NCBI GenBank assembly: GCA_031276915.1
Contig: JAISME010000022.1
Span: 1-55,307 of the forward strand
Direction of reading: 5' to 3'
From: Zoogloeaceae bacterium
GTDB lineage: Bacteria > Pseudomonadota > Gammaproteobacteria > Burkholderiales > Rhodocyclaceae
DNA length: 55,307 nt
Below, in pieces: positions 19,497-29,088 of the stretch. Below the pieces are notes generated by a model. That model saw only the letters and a list, made by a program, of their open reading frames with translations. It had not been told where the DNA came from and did not search any database. The translations under genes were made by a program, and so were the position numbers. Positions within the stretch are counted from its first letter, which is position 1, and every line of letters begins with the position of its first letter.

Positions 19497-20720
19497 ATGT
19501 ACCGGCTGGAGCTGAACTACATATCCCGCGACGGCGGCAAGAAGGGCAAGCAGCGGGATGCCGCCAAGCAAGGCCACGGCTTTTCGGCCACAGCCGCCGC
19601 TGCCTATCGCAGTGGCGGCATCGTCACGGACTACCGCACGGGCGAGGTGCATGACTACACGCGCAAGCGCAGGATCGGTCACACGGAAATCGTTGTGCCG
19701 CCCGGCGCGCCGTCCTGGGCCAGCCACCGCGAAGCACTATGGAATGCAGTAGAGGTGGCGGAGGCGCGAAAGGATGCGCGGCTGGCACATGAGTTCATCG
19801 TGGCACTGTCGCATGGACTCACGAAAGAGCAGGAAATCGAGATGGTGCGCGACCTTGCCCAAAGCGTTGCCGACCGGCATGGCCTGCCTGTGGACTTCGC
19901 AATCCACGGTGATGATCCGAAGACGTGGGATGGCTCTTTGAAGGGCCTTGTCGGTAGCCACGCGCATCTTCTGATGCCGACACGTGAACTGACGCCAGAG
20001 GGCTTCTCGAAGGTCAAAGGACGTGAGTTCATTGACCGGAAACTTGGGCCGCAAACACTCCGATATTGGCGCGAGCAATGGGCGTTGATCGGAAACAAGC
20101 ATATGGAGCGGGCAGGACTGGATGAGCGATGGGATCACCGCACGCTCTCGGTGCAGCGCGAAGACGCGCTGGAGCGGGGAGATTTGGCCGCTGCCGAGGA
20201 ACTCGACCGCCTGCCCGGCGTACACATCGGAGCGGCTGCCACAGCGCTGGAGCGCCAAGGGATCGACACCTACTGGGGCAACTTGAACCGGATCATCCTC
20301 GCCCAGAATGCGGAGCGCAGGCTGGGGCACGAGCGCAAGCGCATTGAAGAGTCGATGGCCGCGCTAGAGCGCCGCCTGACGGAACTGAGGGCTGCTCAGG
20401 AGGCTAATGCCAATCAGCCAGAGCATAGTAATGATGATCCTCGCTGGGCAGCGTTTGAACGCACCTTCATGGATGCCGCCCAGTTTGAGCACGGTCTTAG
20501 CTTGACTGGGCTAGCGGTTCCGTTGGCCGGACTCAAGGCCCGCTTCGCCGCGTATATGGACACCGCTGCGGAGCAAGGCATGACGCCAGAAATGTTCGCT
20601 CAAGCCTGCGCAAAAGGCATGGCCGAACAGGAGCGCCGGGCTATGCAGGAAGAAGCGGCGAGGGATGCCGATCCCCAACCGCCACAAGAGGACTCCCCTG
20701 TTTCTACTCCTGCCCCATGA
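19497..20720 (+). CDS. MobA/MobL (MOBQ) relaxase
   Basis: SATAAAAYRSG, HDYTRK, REALWNAVE, FAIH...HAHL, DHRTL. Confidence 0.92.
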   Translation: MYRLELNYISRDGGKKGKQRDAAKQGHGFSATAAAAYRSGGIVTDYRTGEVHDYTRKRRIGHTEIVVPPGAPSWASHREALWNAVEVAEARKDARLAHEFIVALSHGLTKEQEIEMVRDLAQSVADRHGLPVDFAIHGDDPKTWDGSLKGLVGSHAHLLMPTRELTPEGFSKVKGREFIDRKLGPQTLRYWREQWALIGNKHMERAGLDERWDHRTLSVQREDALERGDLAAAEELDRLPGVHIGAAATALERQGIDTYWGNLNRIILAQNAERRLGHERKRIEESMAALERRLTELRAAQEANANQPEHSNDDPRWAAFERTFMDAAQFEHGLSLTGLAVPLAGLKARFAAYMDTAAEQGMTPEMFAQACAKGMAEQERRAMQEEAARDADPQPPQEDSPVSTPAP

Positions 20721-20732
20721 TGCCACCGGCAA

Positions 20733-20883
20733 TGGTGGCAATAGTGTGGAAAGACGGTGGCGGCATGGTGTCAATGATGACGGCAACAAGGTGGTGACAT
20801 GGTGGAACGATGGTGGCGGGATATTGGTAAGACGGTGGCGACACTGTGGCGGCTATGTGTGCGCATGGTGGTAATAGCGTGGC
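20733..20883 (+). repeat. Degenerate 11-bp-periodic GTGG array (~14 units)
   Basis: GTGG-like cores at 20735, 20746, 20757, 20768, 20791, 20802, 20813, 20824, 20835, 20846, 20857, 20868, 20879. Confidence 0.75.
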
Positions 20884-20944
20884 ACTTCACCACAATGCAG
20901 CCACATTCCCGCCACCACCCTTTGCCGAACAGGAAGGGTAGCGC

Positions 20945-21280
20945 ATGAGAATCTGGGCGTTTGACGAGAACCGGGCCGACTTTGTAGAGGCGTCGCCGGA
21001 GCGGATGACCGCTGATCCAACCGGGTGCTACATCATCCGACGCGGCGATAATGTGCTCGTCTGCGAACACGGCCAGGAACGACCCATGCCTGAGCGGCTG
21101 ACCGTGGCTGGGATGACATTCGACCGAGAGCAGTTCGAGGGTGCCCATCTCCTGTCTTTGCGGGCTGAAATGAAGCGGGACGGCCAATGGGCGCGGTCAC
21201 AGTTGCAGGCCCGTGATCGTGGCGAAGTCACTCTACCGCTGGAGCTGCCGATCTGGGTGACGAAAGGGGAGCCAGAATGA
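20945..21280 (+). CDS. Hypothetical protein
   Basis: ATG with RBS; coupled to the next ORF. Confidence 0.7.
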   Translation: MRIWAFDENRADFVEASPERMTADPTGCYIIRRGDNVLVCEHGQERPMPERLTVAGMTFDREQFEGAHLLSLRAEMKRDGQWARSQLQARDRGEVTLPLELPIWVTKGEPE

Positions 21281-21624
21281 ACGACCTACAGCGAGCAGCC
21301 ATCAGGGCACGCCCCGCGCTTGCCGTTCTGTCCGCTGAGATTGGCGAGCAATCCCCGGATACGTCGCGGGCACTGGCGATCATTGAGCATATGCTGGACG
21401 ACATCGAGGCCGGGCAGCATCCGCTCGACCGACCCCGGCGTGATCGCGGGGACAGGTGGCAGTGGGCGATCAAGACGCTTGCCGTTGCCAGCGGTACGAC
21501 CGCCCATTGCAGCCCGAAATATGAATACATGCGCGTCGATACCAGACAGGCGCGGTCTGATGCCCTGACCGTGGCACTAGATGACATCGGATGCCTGATC
21601 GAGCTGGCGAGCGACAGGGGCTGA
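21277..21624 (+). CDS. Hypothetical protein
   Basis: GGAG RBS; ATGA overlap. Confidence 0.7.
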   Translation: MNDLQRAAIRARPALAVLSAEIGEQSPDTSRALAIIEHMLDDIEAGQHPLDRPRRDRGDRWQWAIKTLAVASGTTAHCSPKYEYMRVDTRQARSDALTVALDDIGCLIELASDRG

Positions 21625-21627
21625 CAT

Positions 21628-22167
21628 ATGGCAATCGACAAACTCAACAACCTGCAATTCCTGTTTTTGCGGGCTGACTACTTCCAAGAATTTGGCGATA
21701 GGGACGGTGTGTATGTGGATCGTGTGCCGTTTGAGTTGCGGCAGCGACTATTGCGGTGGACATGGCCGACGACTGAGCGCGATCAGTATTTTTTCCAGCA
21801 CGAGGGGCGCGACGTCATCACTCGGGAGGGTTGGGAGGTGTTTGTGCGCTGGGTCTGCCGAGCGATGGATCGACAGTTGAGCACAGAGAGCGATCACGCA
21901 GAGTCAGTCCGGCTTTCCAGCGATCCACTGGGGTCACTCGCAGGCATTGACGAGATCATCAATCGTGGCGACCGCGAGGCATTTACCGGGCTGCTGCACG
22001 CCATCATCGAGCAGCCGGACGGCCCCGTCGCTGACCGAGTGCGCACGCTCTATGAGCGTGTCCAGCATCGCGCAGCCGATCCAGAGTTTGCGACATGGCC
22101 GCAGTATCAGGCGGCCTACTGGCTGGCCGGGGCAATGGGGCAGTTTCGCTCTGCCAATTGTTCATAA
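21628..22167 (+). CDS. Hypothetical protein
   Basis: Third ORF of a compact operon. Confidence 0.7.
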   Translation: MAIDKLNNLQFLFLRADYFQEFGDRDGVYVDRVPFELRQRLLRWTWPTTERDQYFFQHEGRDVITREGWEVFVRWVCRAMDRQLSTESDHAESVRLSSDPLGSLAGIDEIINRGDREAFTGLLHAIIEQPDGPVADRVRTLYERVQHRAADPEFATWPQYQAAYWLAGAMGQFRSANCS

Positions 22168-22271
22168 AACGGTGGTTTTCTGAACACTAGCCGGATTCTG
22201 CTTTTCCGTATTATCCAAATGCGGTAAAGTGTTCATTTATTCGTTCAGCTATCAATGTGGCAGAACTGTTC

Positions 22272-22844
22272 ATGAATCAACGCATCGGTTATGCCCGCGT
22301 TTCGACCGACGATCAAAACCTAGACCTGCAACGGGACGCACTCCGGCAGGCAGGGTGCTCGACCATCTACGAAGAGGCAGCCAGCGGCAAGAGCGCGGCA
22401 CGCCCGGAGCTTGAGCAGTGCCGGAAGGCGCTCCGGGCAGGGGATTCCCTCGTCGTGTGGCGGCTGGATCGACTCGGGCGCAGTCTGCCTGATCTGGTGC
22501 AGATCGTGGCCGAGCTTGAGCAACGCGGCGTGCATTTCGAGAGCCTGACCGAGAAGATCGAGACGGGCAGCGCATCGGGCAAGCTGCAATTCCACGTTTT
22601 CGCGGCACTGGCCGAGTTCGAGCGCGGGTTGATCCGCGAGCGAACCCGGGCGGGGTTGGAAGCGGCCCGCGCCCGTGGCCGATCCGGTGGCCGCAAGCCA
22701 AAGCTGGACGCCAAGCAGATCCGCCACATCAAGGCGCTACTGCGCGACCCGAACACCTGCGTGGCCGAACTCGCCCGAGATTACGGCGTGTCACGGACAA
22801 CGATTTACAAGCATTGCGGCGTGGTGCAGCCGCGCCACGATTGA
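22272..22844 (+). CDS. Serine resolvase/invertase
   Basis: GYARVST, VWRLDRLGRS, C-terminal HTH; AT-rich res-like region at 22160-22270. Confidence 0.95.
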   Translation: MNQRIGYARVSTDDQNLDLQRDALRQAGCSTIYEEAASGKSAARPELEQCRKALRAGDSLVVWRLDRLGRSLPDLVQIVAELEQRGVHFESLTEKIETGSASGKLQFHVFAALAEFERGLIRERTRAGLEAARARGRSGGRKPKLDAKQIRHIKALLRDPNTCVAELARDYGVSRTTIYKHCGVVQPRHD

Positions 22845-22856
22845 GAGGACATAACA

Positions 22857-23759
22857 ATGCCAAAAGCAAAAACCGCCGCGCCTTCTGGCGTTGAGCGAAT
22901 CCAGCGCCCCGAGCCGCTCACCTTGCGCGGCTCGACGCTTTTTGAGGGGGACGCCCTGACCGTGCTGCGCCGTCTGCCGTCCGGGTCTGTGCGCTGCGTG
23001 GTTACTTCGCCGCCCTACTGGGGGTTGCGCGATTACGGCATCGAAGAACAAATCGGGCTTGAGGGCACCATGCCCCAGTTCCTGCATCGACTGGTGGCCA
23101 TCTTCGCCGAGGTGCGGCGCGTGCTGACGGATGACGGCACCCTTTGGCTGAACATCGGCGACGGCTACACAAGCGGCAATCGCGGTTATCGCGCCCCGGA
23201 CAAGAAGAACCCGGCCCGGGCAATGGACGTTCGCCCCGACACACCCGAGGGCTTGAAGCCAAAGGACTTGATCGGCATTCCGTGGCGGCTGGCGTTCGCC
23301 TTGCAGGCGGACGGCTGGTATCTGCGCAGTGACATTGTGTGGAACAAGCCAAACGCGATGCCCGAGAGCGTCAAGGATCGCCCGGCCCGCTCGCATGAGT
23401 TCCTGTTCATGCTCACGAAGTCGGAAAAGTATTACTACGACTGGCAGGCCGTCCGGGAGCCTGCGGACGGCGGCGGGCTGCGCAACCGCCGCTCAGTCTG
23501 GCATGTGAACACCAAGCCTTTTGCCGGTGCCCACTTCGCTACCTTCCCGCCCGACCTGATCCGGCCTTGCATCCAAGCATCGACCGAGCCGGGCGATTAC
23601 GTCCTCGATCCGTTCTTCGGATCGGGAACCGTGGGCCTCGTGTGCCAGGACGAAAACCGGCAATACGTGGGCATCGAACTGAACCCCGAATATGTGGCCT
23701 TGGCGGCAGATCGCCTGCAGGGGCAGGACAGCAACGTGATAAGGATCGCCACCGCATGA
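22857..23759 (+). CDS. N4-cytosine DNA methyltransferase (XcyI/Cfr9I/XmaI-like)
   Basis: TSPPY before LDPFFGSGT (beta-class motif order). Confidence 0.9.
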   Translation: MPKAKTAAPSGVERIQRPEPLTLRGSTLFEGDALTVLRRLPSGSVRCVVTSPPYWGLRDYGIEEQIGLEGTMPQFLHRLVAIFAEVRRVLTDDGTLWLNIGDGYTSGNRGYRAPDKKNPARAMDVRPDTPEGLKPKDLIGIPWRLAFALQADGWYLRSDIVWNKPNAMPESVKDRPARSHEFLFMLTKSEKYYYDWQAVREPADGGGLRNRRSVWHVNTKPFAGAHFATFPPDLIRPCIQASTEPGDYVLDPFFGSGTVGLVCQDENRQYVGIELNPEYVALAADRLQGQDSNVIRIATA

Positions 23760-24757
23760 CGACCCCCAACAAGATCAATTTTCCGCCGCCGAAGCTGCAA
23801 ATCGACTTCGCTTTCGCCCTCAAGCGGTTCCGGGCTGTCTATCTGCAAAGCGCCCTGCTGGAAACCGTGCGGGACATGGACATTGCCGAACTGGACAAGC
23901 AGCTTGCCGAGTACGTACCCCCGGCAGACTTGGCGACCCTTGCGCAGTACGGCTTGCGGGCTGAACTACTGTTCGCCGTGCCTGCCGTGCTGGAGGCAAA
24001 TCCCTACCTGCTGGGCTATTACCGGCTGCTGATGGGCTACAGCCAGAAGGAGTTTTACGGGCGCGACAAGGGTTTCGGTGTCGGCTACTTCAAGTCGATG
24101 GAGGAAAAGGGCAAGACCAGCAAGGCGGCAGCCGCCGACCTGCCCGACCTATGCGTGGCGTTTTGCGCCACTGCATCGGCCCTGCTGGCCGGTGTCGGCC
24201 CGCTGCGCGTCAGCCGGGAATTGCTGGATGACTTGACCCTGCTGACCGTAGGCCCGCAGCTACGCGGCGGGGCCAACAACCAGCGCGGCACCGATGGCAT
24301 CGTGCAGGTGTTCGAGATCATCCGGGAGATCGTCGCCCATGCCGCCGCCGAGGTGCGCGAAAGCGCCATCGAAGTGAACAGCGCCACGGGCCGTCCGTTT
24401 CTGATCGAGTTCGCGCCCGACCCTGACATCATCATCCGGGAAGAAATGGAGCATCAGCATTACCGCAACGTGGTTGCTATCGAGGTCAAGAGCGGCACGG
24501 ATGTATCCAACATCCACAACCGCATCGGCGAGGCCGAGAAGAGCCACCAGAAGGCGCGGCAGCGCGGCTTTACCGAGTGCTGGACTGTGGTCAATGTCGG
24601 GCGGCTGGACATGGTGAAGGCCCGCAGCGAGTCGCCATCGACTGACCGCTTCTATTCGCTTGCCGCCCTGTCGCTCAGGGCTGGCGACGAGTATGACGAT
24701 TTCCGCCGCCGAGTGCTGTCTCTGACGGCTATTCCCGCTGCGCCGACGAACCCATAG
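23756..24757 (+). CDS. Type II restriction endonuclease, XcyI/Cfr9I-like (probable CCCGGG specificity)
   Basis: PDPD...IEVK PD-(D/E)xK core, SNIHNRIGEAEKSH; ATGA coupling to the MTase. Confidence 0.8.
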   Translation: MTTPNKINFPPPKLQIDFAFALKRFRAVYLQSALLETVRDMDIAELDKQLAEYVPPADLATLAQYGLRAELLFAVPAVLEANPYLLGYYRLLMGYSQKEFYGRDKGFGVGYFKSMEEKGKTSKAAAADLPDLCVAFCATASALLAGVGPLRVSRELLDDLTLLTVGPQLRGGANNQRGTDGIVQVFEIIREIVAHAAAEVRESAIEVNSATGRPFLIEFAPDPDIIIREEMEHQHYRNVVAIEVKSGTDVSNIHNRIGEAEKSHQKARQRGFTECWTVVNVGRLDMVKARSESPSTDRFYSLAALSLRAGDEYDDFRRRVLSLTAIPAAPTNP

Positions 24758-24773
24758 TCGATGGTTTAGAGCG

Positions 24774-25601
24774 ATGGTACTCCCGTCCTTCGACAACTCT
24801 TGGCGCAAGGGCCAGAGCGTAAAGCCGCGCATCCTCGTGCTGGAGGTTAGATGCAAGGATCGCCCGGAGGACAAGGCATTGGGCTGGGTGCTTGTCGAGC
24901 GGGAGGAAACCTATCGGCACGATCCTCGGGATGGGACGATCTACGAGGCGTCCATTCGGCTTTCCTATCAGCGCATCACAACCAAGTTTTCGCATCGGGA
25001 TGGCGGCAAAGGGTGGTTTGATGGCAGCTACTCGCGCAACTTCAACGCTGTCTCGCTAACTTCGACCTCGATGTCGAAAGGGGCAGTATTCCTTGATTTG
25101 CCGGGGCTGGATGGTCAGCGTATCGGCACCTACTTGATGAATGAGATCGTCCAGTGGGTGCAGCAGTGGCCCGAGGCGAACGTCAATGGCATCGAGTTGC
25201 TGGCCGGACAGTCGCACGGTGACAACAAGGCGCGGCGCAACTGGTTTTATGAGCAGTTCGGTTTGGTCTTCGACTATACCGACCCCGAGCATCGCGAAGG
25301 CCAATCCCGACCCATGCTGGCCGGAGCTTTGGTCAAAGTCGAGACGTGGAAGCAGAACATCACCGAGCACCGGATGCTCGACTATCTGGCCGCAGTTCTT
25401 TACGCCGAGGAACGTGCCACATCGGAGTTGCAGGCCCGCGATCGAGCCTGTGCCCAACTCATTGCTGAGCAGAGACGGGCAGAAGCCCGGCCCGTGCGCT
25501 GGGTGTTGAGGCAACTGTACTACCGTTATGCCAGCACAGTGCTTGGAGTAGCTGTTCTGACCATGTTGATCGGCATGGCGTTACTCAGGATTAGAGGATG
25601 A
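24774..25601 (+). CDS. GNAT-like protein with C-terminal coiled coil and TM anchor
   Basis: GQRIGTYLM and FYEQFG acetyl-CoA-binding-like motifs; hydrophobic C-terminus; start uncertain. Confidence 0.6.
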   Translation: MVLPSFDNSWRKGQSVKPRILVLEVRCKDRPEDKALGWVLVEREETYRHDPRDGTIYEASIRLSYQRITTKFSHRDGGKGWFDGSYSRNFNAVSLTSTSMSKGAVFLDLPGLDGQRIGTYLMNEIVQWVQQWPEANVNGIELLAGQSHGDNKARRNWFYEQFGLVFDYTDPEHREGQSRPMLAGALVKVETWKQNITEHRMLDYLAAVLYAEERATSELQARDRACAQLIAEQRRAEARPVRWVLRQLYYRYASTVLGVAVLTMLIGMALLRIRG

Positions 25602-25625
25602 GGGGACTAATGTCCGATCTGAACG

Positions 25626-26669
25626 ATGATGACACTCGACGCCATTAAAAAGCACCTTCAGGAGCACTTGAGCGATGGCCTAGTGACCATCGTCGGATCG
25701 GGCCTGTCATGCGCCGAGGGGCTGCCTGGCATGGGGGAGTTGGCCAATTATCTTTCTGCCGAATTGGGGCCGGGACTCTCTGTGCCAGATATGGCATTGT
25801 GGGAAGAGATCAAGGAGCTGTTGGCAACAACAGGTCTGGAGGCGGCGCTGCTTGCGAAAGCTCCTACCGCAACTCTTGAAACCGCAATCTCTGCTACAAC
25901 CGGCATGCTGATTGCCAATCGAGAGCGTCAGGTGGTGTCTGACGTGTTTAATGGGAAACGGAAGCTCAGGTTGACTCGACTTCTAGCCCACCTGTTGAAG
26001 CCGTCCACCGGACTGACAATAGTGACGACAAACTACGACCGACTAGTCGAGATTGCGGTTGAAGAGGTGGGGATCGGGGCCGACACAATGTTCGTTGGCA
26101 GATTCGCTGCCTCATTAAACGAGCGCGAAAGCAAGCTGAGCTTTTGCCGGAATGTCACTTACAAGAAACCGAATGTCACCTATCACTATCGGCCAAGGGC
26201 CTTGATTTGCAAGCCGCATGGAAGTCTGGACTGGTATCTCCGGGATGGCAGGCCAGTCGCCTATGCAGGTGAACTACATGATGCACCTCGTTTAATTATC
26301 ACGCCTGGGCAGAACAAATTTCGTAATGGATACGAGAGTCCGTTTGACCTTCACCGGAGTAAGGCGAACGACGCGATTGACCGGGCAAGTCGATTTTTAA
26401 TTCTTGGCTATGGGTTTAATGATGATCATCTTGAGACCCACTTGGCTCCTGCAATAAAGAGTGGAAAACCAACGCTCATGCTTGCTCACACACTGACACC
26501 AAATGCGATTAATTTTGCAATGGCGCACTCGAATGTCACTGCGCTTGAGAGCTGTGCTGACGCGGGCATTGTGGGAACGCGGCTAACCATCAATAAGATG
26601 CAGAAATTCATTCCCAATCTGGAAATATGGGATGTTCACCAATTCATAGATGAGGTTCTCGAGCCATGA
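25626..26669 (+). CDS. SIR2-like NADase of a Sir2-HerA defence system
   Basis: GSGLS, TTNYD, KPHGSLDW, GYGFNDDH. Confidence 0.9.
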   Translation: MMTLDAIKKHLQEHLSDGLVTIVGSGLSCAEGLPGMGELANYLSAELGPGLSVPDMALWEEIKELLATTGLEAALLAKAPTATLETAISATTGMLIANRERQVVSDVFNGKRKLRLTRLLAHLLKPSTGLTIVTTNYDRLVEIAVEEVGIGADTMFVGRFAASLNERESKLSFCRNVTYKKPNVTYHYRPRALICKPHGSLDWYLRDGRPVAYAGELHDAPRLIITPGQNKFRNGYESPFDLHRSKANDAIDRASRFLILGYGFNDDHLETHLAPAIKSGKPTLMLAHTLTPNAINFAMAHSNVTALESCADAGIVGTRLTINKMQKFIPNLEIWDVHQFIDEVLEP

Positions 26670-28426
26670 TCGAAACAACTGCTGCCCTTCAATTTACAGA
26701 AACAGAACTGCTTGGCAAGGTCGCTGTTGTCGACACCAGCCGGGTCACTATCAATGTATCAAATTCGGTGCTACTGACACGTCTTGGTATCGGGAACCTG
26801 ATTGCAGTTCGGGGAAGTACAGAACGAGAGTACCTGATCGCGGTGGCAGAACGCGTGACACGCAGTGTGCGCGATGAGTTGGCCGAGGACCTGCCGGAGG
26901 ATGGCGAAGATACGCGGCTTGTATCTACGCCAACCGATTTGGTTCGTGGTGCCCTGATCGGCACGTTCCGCACGGTCGATGGAGAGAAAAAGAACACTTT
27001 CAAACGCGGTGCTGATAGCTTCCCACAGATTGACCGCGACTGCTACGTGATTGATGCGGCGAACTTGCAGAGATTTATGGGGATTCTTGGAGCGGACTAC
27101 CCTGAGAACGAGCGTTTAAAGCTTGGAATCTTTGTCGCGGATCGGAGCGCGGAAGCCATCATAAGCGGGGACAAATTTTTCCAGCGGCATGCGGCTATCT
27201 TAGGCAGCACAGGCTCCGGCAAGAGCTATGCTGTGGCGCTAATTCTGGAGCGAGCCTCAAAGCTAAAGCATCCTAATATCATCGTATTCGACATGCATGG
27301 TGAGTACGCACCATTGGCCAATGTGGAGAAGGCGGGATTTGCATCGCGCTTCCGAATCGCCGGCCCTGGCGACCTAGAAAACCCAGCCGATGATGCACTT
27401 TTCCTCCCATATTGGCTGCTCAACCGCGATGAAATGCTGTCGATGATCCTTGATCGCAGCGACCAGAACGCACCCAACCAAGCCTCCCGTTTTACCCTCC
27501 ATGTCCGCACGTTGAAGCAAAAGACGCTCGAATCCGAGAAGAAGGCCGAAGTACTCAAGACTTTTACCGTGGATTCACCGGTGCCATATTCGATAAAGGA
27601 TCTGATTACACTGCTTCACACTGACAACACGACAAAGGGCGTTGGCAAGACTGGTCCCGTCAAGGGCGAATGGGAAGACAAGTTGACACGCTTTCTTTCC
27701 CGGCTTGAGGCCAAACTCGATGATCGCCGATATGGTTTCATGTTCACGCCGCCGCCAAAGGCAAACGAGTACGGATGGCTAGCGGCTCAAGTTGGGCGGT
27801 TACTCGCGTCCAATGGAGGCAAGGGGATTAAAGTTATTGATTTCTCCGAGGTGCCGTCCGACGTTCTGCCAGTCGTCACCGGTACACTTGCTCGCCTTCT
27901 CTATGACGTGCAGTTCTGGACCGATCCCGGCAAACGAACGCCAGTTACACTTCTCTGTGATGAGGCTCATTTGTATCTGCCGGTTCGAGATGATGCAGAC
28001 GCCGTGCAAAGGCAGGCATTGGGAGCATTCGAGCGGATTGCCAAAGAAGGGCGGAAGTATGGTTTTTCCCTTTTGGTAGTAAGCCAACGCCCGTCCGATG
28101 TCAGCAGGACGATCCTGAGCCAGTGCAACAATTTCCTCTCGCTGCGGCTTACCAATGATTCCGACCAAGCAGTTATCACACGGTTGATGCCAGACTCATT
28201 AGCTGGGCTCACAAGCATCCTTCCTCTTCTAGATACAGGTGAAGCGCTCATGCTCGGCGACGCTGTATTGCTACCTTCACGGATTCGCTTGGACAAGCCC
28301 GCAGTGACCCCGGACAGTGCCACGCGGGACTTCTGGAAGGAATGGGGTAGCCAGGCATCCGATGCTGACGCGATCAATTTGGCAGTTGAGGCATTGCGTA
28401 GTCAGACGAGGGGCAAGACGGCTTGA
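26666..28426 (+). CDS. HerA-like ATPase
   Basis: RHAAILGSTGSGKS, DMHGEY, DEAH, RIAKEGRKYG, SQRPS. Confidence 0.92.
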   Translation: MIETTAALQFTETELLGKVAVVDTSRVTINVSNSVLLTRLGIGNLIAVRGSTEREYLIAVAERVTRSVRDELAEDLPEDGEDTRLVSTPTDLVRGALIGTFRTVDGEKKNTFKRGADSFPQIDRDCYVIDAANLQRFMGILGADYPENERLKLGIFVADRSAEAIISGDKFFQRHAAILGSTGSGKSYAVALILERASKLKHPNIIVFDMHGEYAPLANVEKAGFASRFRIAGPGDLENPADDALFLPYWLLNRDEMLSMILDRSDQNAPNQASRFTLHVRTLKQKTLESEKKAEVLKTFTVDSPVPYSIKDLITLLHTDNTTKGVGKTGPVKGEWEDKLTRFLSRLEAKLDDRRYGFMFTPPPKANEYGWLAAQVGRLLASNGGKGIKVIDFSEVPSDVLPVVTGTLARLLYDVQFWTDPGKRTPVTLLCDEAHLYLPVRDDADAVQRQALGAFERIAKEGRKYGFSLLVVSQRPSDVSRTILSQCNNFLSLRLTNDSDQAVITRLMPDSLAGLTSILPLLDTGEALMLGDAVLLPSRIRLDKPAVTPDSATRDFWKEWGSQASDADAINLAVEALRSQTRGKTA

Positions 28427-28473
28427 TAATACGGGTAACCTCCCTCTATCGAGCCGAAGCGCACATGGCAGGC

Positions 28474-29016
28474 TTATTTGTTTGGGATAAAGTTCGGCAG
28501 TGCCGTCATCCGTTCAGCCATATCTTCCTGCTCGGCAACCAGCATCGGATCGTCGTAAGGGCTGGCAACAAGATCATCCGGCGTCGGCGTTTCGCTCTTC
28601 GATGGTCGCCCTCGTGCTCGGCTTGGCCTTGGGTGCCCAGCCTTCTCCAGCGCCTTCGCCAGCACATCCAGAGCCTCCCAAATCCGCTCAGGCCGGACTG
28701 GCTCCACTCCAGCAGCCAGTGCTTTCGCCGCCCACCCCATGTTCTCGGCAGCGTGCAGCAAGTGGCTTTTCTGCTTGTACTCAGCAAGCCGCTGGTCTCT
28801 CTCGGCCATCCACTCCTTGAACTCCTCACGCTCTGCGTCAGTCAGGATGGCTTCAATGTCAGGCGGCAGTGACGTTGCCCAGCGATCTACCGTGCCGATG
28901 ATGACCTGTTTGGAGCGCCGCTTCTCTGGATCATAGGCGTAGCGCAGCAGAGAAACGGACTCGCCCGGCTTGGGGTGCCCGCCCTTTCCCTTGTAGGTCT
29001 GTACCCGAATTTGCAT
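28474..29016 (-). CDS. Hypothetical protein
   Basis: 180 aa ORF; RARGRPSK AT-hook-like motif. Confidence 0.7.
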   Translation of the reverse strand: MQIRVQTYKGKGGHPKPGESVSLLRYAYDPEKRRSKQVIIGTVDRWATSLPPDIEAILTDAEREEFKEWMAERDQRLAEYKQKSHLLHAAENMGWAAKALAAGVEPVRPERIWEALDVLAKALEKAGHPRPSRARGRPSKSETPTPDDLVASPYDDPMLVAEQEDMAERMTALPNFIPNK

Positions 29017-29088
29017 GAAGCCTGCTTGCCTTATCCGCTATTTTTCAAGATGATAAAGCTATTGCACTGCTCAGCGGAAGCCTTTTCG

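Noticed and set aside
15636..20720. Self-transmissible ICE
   Set aside because: No coupling protein, secretion ATPase or core-complex genes are recognisable between the att sites.
25626..28426. Sir2-HerA as a novel system
   Set aside because: It is an already described anti-phage system with canonical motifs.
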